64,000 bases of DNA, from positions 899-64,898 of the forward strand of contig JACPOU010000053.1 in NCBI GenBank assembly GCA_016191345.1. Reading direction: 5' to 3'. How positions within the stretch are numbered: position 1 is the stretch's first letter; each line of letters starts with the position of its first letter. Origin of the DNA: Chloroflexota bacterium. Its GTDB lineage: Bacteria; Chloroflexota; Limnocylindria; Limnocylindrales; CSP1-4. The notes under the pieces are model-generated. The model made no database searches, was not told the origin of the DNA, and saw only the letters and a list, made by a program, of their open reading frames with translations. Shown here in pieces: positions 59,822 to 64,000 of the stretch. The position numbers and the translations under genes were made by a program.

Positions 59822-62677
59822 TTGCCATCCCACGATCCGTTCGGCGCCCGGGCCTCGCTCGGACCCGGCCTCCCCGATCTCTACCGCCTCGACGCGATCG
59901 GAGATCGGATCGACCTGGACTCGGCGCCGGTCACGCTGAAGATCCTCCTCGAGAACGCGCTCCGGCATGCCGGCGGCGGGGTCGTGAATGCGGACGACGT
60001 GGAGCGCCTGGCCTCCTGGCGACCGGGAGTGGGCGGCGATGCCGAGATCCCGTTCATGCCGTCGCGGGTCGTGCTCCAGGATTTCACGGGCGTGCCCGCC
60101 GTCGTGGACCTCGCCGCGATGCGCGACGCCGTCGCCGCCATCGGTGGCGATCCGGCCCGCGTGAATCCCCTCGTTCCCGCCGACCTCGTCATCGACCATT
60201 CGGTCCAGGTCGACCGGTTCGGGACCCCGGGCGCCTTCGCGTTCAACGTCGAGCGGGAATACGAACGCAACGGCGAGCGCTACCAGCTCCTGCGCTGGGC
60301 GCAGACGGCCTTCCGCGACCTGCGCGTCGTGCCGCCGGGAACCGGGATCATCCACCAGGTCAACCTGGAATTCCTCGCGCCGGTCGTCGACGACCGGTCC
60401 GACGCACACGGGCGCGTGGCCTTCCCGGACACGCTCGTCGGCACCGACTCGCACACGACGATGATCAACGCGCTCGGGGTCCTCGGCTACGGCGTCGGCG
60501 GCATCGAGGCCGAGGCGGTCCTGCTCGGCCAACCCCTCTACCAGCCGATGCCGCGGATCATCGGCGTCCGGCTCCACGGGGAGATGCCGCGCGGCTCCAC
60601 GGCCACGGACCTCGTCCTCGTCGTCACCGAGATGCTGCGGGGCTACGGCGTGGTCGGCGCGTTCGTCGAGTTCGCCGGCGACGGCCTGGCCGGGCTGACC
60701 CTCGCCGACCGGGCGACGATCAGCAACATGAGCCCGGAGTTCGGGGCGACGTCCACCCTCTTCCCGATCGACGACGAGACGCTCGCCTATCTCCGTCTCA
60801 CGGGCCGGCCGACGTGGCGCGTCGATCTCGTCGAGCGGTATGCCAGGGAGCAGGGGCTGTGGCGCGCCCCGGGCCGCGCCACCGCGTTCGACGATGTCCT
60901 CGAGCTGGACCTCGCAACCGTCGTTCCGTCCGTGGCGGGGCCGCGCCGGCCCCAGGACCGGGTGCCGCTGGCTGCCCTCCGCGAGAATTTCCGGACGAAC
61001 TTCCCCGACGGCCTGGAGTCGATGTCCCAGGCCGCGCTGGAGCAGCTGACCCCGGACGGCGGGCTGGTGGAGTCGTCGTCCGCGGATTCGTTCCCGGCCA
61101 GCGACGCCCCGTCGTTCGCGCTCGGCGACGAGACCGCGGCGCCGGCCCCGGCCGAGCCCGTGATCGCGGCGGCGATGGCGTCGAGCGGCTACCGCAGCTT
61201 CCCGGTGACGGCCGGCGACGCGGGCGGCGCGTCCGGGAGCATCGCGACGGGCTCGGTCGCGATCGCGGCGATCACGTCGTGCACGAACACGTCGAACCCG
61301 ACCGTGATGATCGGGGCGGGACTCCTCGCCCGGAACGCGATCGCGCGTGGCCTTTCCGTGGCCCCGACGGTGAAGACATCGCTCGCGCCGGGCTCGAAGG
61401 CGGTCACCGCCTACCTCGAGAACGCGGGCCTCATGGCGCCGCTCGCGTCGCTCGGCTTCGCCCTGGCGGGCTACGGCTGCACGACCTGCATCGGCAACTC
61501 CGGCCCGCTCGATCCGGCGGTGGCGGCCGCGGTCGAAGCGAACGACCTCGTCGTCGCGGCCGTCCTCTCCGGGAACCGCAACTTCGAGGGCCGGATCCAT
61601 CCCCTCGCCCGGGCGAGCTACCTCGCCTCGCCGCCGCTCGTCGTCGCGTTCGCGCTGGCGGGGCGGGTCGACATCGACCTGGAGCATGAGCCGATCGGCA
61701 TCGGCGACGACGGGCGGCCGGTCCACCTCGCCGACATCTGGCCGGCGCCGGACGAGATCCGGGCCGTGATCCGCGATTCGATCGATCCGGACCTCTTCGC
61801 CCGGACCTACGCGACGGTCTTCGAGGGCGACGAGCGCTGGCGCGCGCTCCCGATCCCGGCCGGCGACCGGTACGACTGGGATGACGCTTCCACGTACGTC
61901 GCGCGGCCGCCGTTCTTCGACGGGATGGGCGCCGAACCGGCACCCATCGGCGATCTCGTCGGCGCCCGTGCCCTCGCCGTCCTCGGCGACAGCGTCACGA
62001 CCGACCACATCTCCCCGGCCGGCTCCATCGCCCCGTCCTCGCCAGCCGGGCAGTGGCTCCAGGCGCACGGCGTGCCGCCGCTGGAGTTCAACTCGTACGG
62101 CGCCCGGCGCGGCCATCACGAGGTCATGATCCGCGGCACGTTCGCGAACATCCGGCTCCGGAACGCGCTCGCCGAGGGTCGCGAGGGGCCATGGACGCGG
62201 CACCTCCCCGACGCGACCGGGATGCCGATCTACGACGCGGCGATGCGGTACGCGGCCGAGGGCACGCCCCTCATCGTGCTCGCGGGCCGGGAGTACGGGA
62301 CGGGATCCTCGCGCGACTGGGCGGCCAAGGGCACCGCGCTCCTCGGCATCCGGGCCGTGATCGCCGAAAGCTACGAGCGGATCCATCGAAGCAACCTCGT
62401 CGGGATGGGCGTGCTGCCGCTCCAGTACGTCCTCGGCGAGACGGCGGCGTCGCTGGGCCTCACCGGCCGCGAGCGATACACGATCGAGGGCGTCGCGGGC
62501 GGCCCGGAGGCGCGGAGCCGGCTGACGGTCCACGCCACGGACGACGGGTCCGGCCAGGTGACCACGTTCGAGGTCGTCTGCCGCCTCGACGGCCCGATCG
62601 AGGTCGGCTACATCCGCCACGGCGGGATCCTGCCGGCCGTCGTCCGGCGCCTCGCGGCGACCCCCCGGACGGCCTGA
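59822..62677 (+). CDS. acnA: aconitate hydratase A
   Basis: ORF 59585..62677. The start is placed at TTG 59822 (PSHDPFGARASL...LYRLDAIG...TLKILLENALR), which matches the usual AcnA N-terminus. Motifs: RVVLQDFTGVPAVVDLAAMRDA, GTDSHTTM, ITSCTNTSNP, CTTCIGNSGP, and the GREYGTGSSRDWAAKG region. Confidence 0.93.
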   Translation: MPSHDPFGARASLGPGLPDLYRLDAIGDRIDLDSAPVTLKILLENALRHAGGGVVNADDVERLASWRPGVGGDAEIPFMPSRVVLQDFTGVPAVVDLAAMRDAVAAIGGDPARVNPLVPADLVIDHSVQVDRFGTPGAFAFNVEREYERNGERYQLLRWAQTAFRDLRVVPPGTGIIHQVNLEFLAPVVDDRSDAHGRVAFPDTLVGTDSHTTMINALGVLGYGVGGIEAEAVLLGQPLYQPMPRIIGVRLHGEMPRGSTATDLVLVVTEMLRGYGVVGAFVEFAGDGLAGLTLADRATISNMSPEFGATSTLFPIDDETLAYLRLTGRPTWRVDLVERYAREQGLWRAPGRATAFDDVLELDLATVVPSVAGPRRPQDRVPLAALRENFRTNFPDGLESMSQAALEQLTPDGGLVESSSADSFPASDAPSFALGDETAAPAPAEPVIAAAMASSGYRSFPVTAGDAGGASGSIATGSVAIAAITSCTNTSNPTVMIGAGLLARNAIARGLSVAPTVKTSLAPGSKAVTAYLENAGLMAPLASLGFALAGYGCTTCIGNSGPLDPAVAAAVEANDLVVAAVLSGNRNFEGRIHPLARASYLASPPLVVAFALAGRVDIDLEHEPIGIGDDGRPVHLADIWPAPDEIRAVIRDSIDPDLFARTYATVFEGDERWRALPIPAGDRYDWDDASTYVARPPFFDGMGAEPAPIGDLVGARALAVLGDSVTTDHISPAGSIAPSSPAGQWLQAHGVPPLEFNSYGARRGHHEVMIRGTFANIRLRNALAEGREGPWTRHLPDATGMPIYDAAMRYAAEGTPLIVLAGREYGTGSSRDWAAKGTALLGIRAVIAESYERIHRSNLVGMGVLPLQYVLGETAASLGLTGRERYTIEGVAGGPEARSRLTVHATDDGSGQVTTFEVVCRLDGPIEVGYIRHGGILPAVVRRLAATPRTA

Positions 62678-62701
62678 CGCCCCCGGCGAACCGGGGGCGT
62701 C
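62676..62701 (+). terminator. stem-loop immediately after the acn stop
   Basis: gacgcccccgg-cgaa-ccgggggcgtc forms an 11-bp perfect stem that starts inside the TGA. No U-tract follows. Confidence 0.5.
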
Positions 62702-63392
62702 GACCTGGAGGAGGACCGGCGGGACTGGCCCGCGCTGGTCGTTTCGACGCGGCAGCCGTTCCGGCCGTGACGCGTCCGGCGCGACGAAGTCGGGGCGCCC
62801 CGGGACCCGGCCCAGGCGGCCGTGACGCGTGCTTCGGGGTGACTTCCTGCTCGGCGGCACATGGGGCCCGGCCCAGCCAGATGGGGTCCGGGCAGCTTCC
62901 GTGTTCGCTTACTGTCATCTACGAATCGGGGGCGTCGTAGGCGCAGCGCCACCACACGGGAGCGGACTCGACACGCGGCGGGCGCGGCCGTCCGAGCGTG
63001 GACGAGTCGCCGCTCAGCACCGTGGGGGGCCGCACGACGGCCACCACCCGCCCTCCCACGGCTCATGGCGCACCGAGCACGACCCGGGTTCGTAGGTGGT
63101 CCTCAAATCAGCCGGCGGCCGGCATACGACGACCCCGGTTCGTATTGGTGGTCAACGCCCCCGGCCCGCGGCGGGGCGCGGGCAGACGCGGGGCGGCGCG
63201 GCAAACAACGGCGCGGCGCCCCGGCGCCGTCAAGCGGCCGGGACTGCGAGCTCGCCCGCCGGCACAGGCAGACGATGCCGGCGAGGAGGAACGCGGGCGG
63301 GGCCGCGTTCGTATCACGGGCCGACAGGGCGAGGTCACCGGTCGCGGCCCAAGAGGGCGCATGAGCCCACGGGCGCGAGATCAGAGGGAGGG

Positions 63393-63469
63393 TGGTGGGC
63401 GATACTGGATTCGAACCAGTGACCTCGCGGATGTGAACCGCGCGCTCTAACCGACTGAGCCAATCGCCC
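63393..63469 (-). tRNA. tRNA-Val (anticodon CAC), CCA encoded
   Basis: Minus strand: GGGCGATTGGCTCAGTCGGTTAGAGCGCGCGGTTCACATCCGCGAGGTCACTGGTTCGAATCCAGTATCGCCCACCA. It folds as a cloverleaf: 7-bp acceptor stem, D arm GCTC/GAGC, anticodon stem CGCGG/CCGCG with loop TTCACAT, and T arm ACTGG-TTCGAAT-CCAGT. Confidence 0.93.
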
Positions 63470-63660
63470 GGGCCGCCGGCGTCGCCGGATCGGGGGCCGA
63501 TGATACACCGGGCCCGAGGTCGATCCCGCGCATCCACCGGTTCCTCGGCCTCGGGGCCGCGGTCTCCTTCCTCGGCGGACCGAGGGGCACCGGCGGCGGC
63601 GACCGCGCTCATCGGGATCGCGATCGCGGTCCGGGCTGGCTTGCCGGCCCCGACCCGACC

Positions 63661-63951
63661 TCACACCCCGAGATCCGGCCACCGACTGACGAGTGCCTCC
63701 CGGTCCAGGTTGTCGACCGCGACCATCTTGTCGCGCGATCGGGCGCCCCGGATCAGCCGCACGGTCGTCGGTGGAACCCCGAGCTCGCTCGCGATGAGGC
63801 GGAGGGCCGCGGCGGTGGCCGCCCCGTTCGCCGGCGCGGCGGCGACCCGCAGGCACAGGGCTCCGACGACGACGCCCTCGACCGCATCGCGGCCGCCGCG
63901 CGGCGTGACCCGGACCCGGAACCGAACCGCCCTCGTCGGGTCACCGCTCAC
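63661..63951 (-). CDS. DUF167 (YggU-like) family protein
   Basis: 96 aa with GTG start: RFRVRVTPRGGRDAVEG...LRVAAAPANGAATAAALRLIASELGVPPTTVRLIRGARSRDKMV. Confidence 0.8.
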   Translation of the reverse strand: MSGDPTRAVRFRVRVTPRGGRDAVEGVVVGALCLRVAAAPANGAATAAALRLIASELGVPPTTVRLIRGARSRDKMVAVDNLDREALVSRWPDLGV

Positions 63952-64000
63952 GGGAGCGCCCGGACGACCACCCCGATGATGAGGATGACGATGAGCGGCG
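63948..64000 (-). CDS. C-terminal end of a membrane protein (YggT-like by position), truncated by window edge
   Basis: Manual translation gives ...PLIVILIIGVVVRALP* with its TGA overlapping the DUF167 GTG (GTGA at 63948-63951). The yggT-yggU pairing is a common arrangement. Only 17 codons are visible. Confidence 0.35.
   Translation of the reverse strand, partial: PLIVILIIGVVVRALP

Noticed and set aside
63103-63612. 169-aa minus-strand ORF and overlapping + strand ORFs around 63100-63450
   Set aside because: The ORF reads straight through tRNA-Val (…VTGSNPVSPTT… is the translated tRNA). The composition is shadow-type.

Overview
Very GC-rich bacterial chromosomal window, roughly 70% GC by eye. 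The gene content looks Actinomycetota-like or like another high-GC Terrabacteria lineage: split purS/purQ/purL, gatCAB, a CIRCE-controlled groES-groEL, an F420-type LLM oxidoreductase and LprG-like lipoproteins. I cannot assign taxonomy from sequence alone. Almost all genes are on the minus strand and tightly packed: 14 stop/start overlaps of the ATGA/GTGA type, two 1-nt TGATG overlaps and one 8-nt overlap. Gene order by increasing window coordinate (this is the reverse of transcription order for the minus-strand genes): a truncated trans-sulfuration enzyme; small TM protein-gatB-cyclase/STAND/TPR-aminotransferase-gatA-gatC (an interrupted gatCAB operon, transcribed gatC first); GNAT; a Zn-ribbon protein; a frameshifted LLM oxidoreductase; ligA; an FMN hydroxy-acid oxidase; a vapBC toxin-antitoxin pair; pcrA/uvrD; an LprG-like lipoprotein; groEL-groES with CIRCE; a 21-bp tandem repeat array; lipoprotein, membrane-anchored S1 protease and tatD; a VOC protein; metG; a P450; a 13-kb purine cluster listed as purN::purH fusion-purM-purF-purL-purQ-purS-purC-purB-purD-purA (transcribed purA first); a GGDEF/HD-GYP protein; ssb; rsmI; a split glutamine-dependent NAD synthetase (nadE and a CN-hydrolase gene); a 3' remnant of an oppF-like gene; a lipoprotein; a five-gene Opp/Dpp-type peptide ABC transporter whose second ATPase has an N-terminal 4-TM extension; a ZAS anti-sigma factor and its ECF sigma factor; gcvH-gcvT-NUDIX (transcribed NUDIX first); a DUF2520-like Rossmann protein; aconitase; tRNA-Val(CAC); DUF167; and the end of a yggT-like gene. 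No transposase, integrase, CRISPR array or rRNA was seen. Most of the window is housekeeping. The observations I consider most worth follow-up are: (1) the class III cyclase-STAND NTPase-TPR protein wedged into gatCAB; (2) the purN-purH gene fusion; (3) the 9 x 21-bp hairpin-forming tandem array upstream of groES; (4) a promoter-to-terminator structured RNA candidate upstream of purA; (5) the TM-extended OppF together with a nearby oppF remnant. All functional calls rest on my reading of the translated ORFs and motifs. No database search was run.
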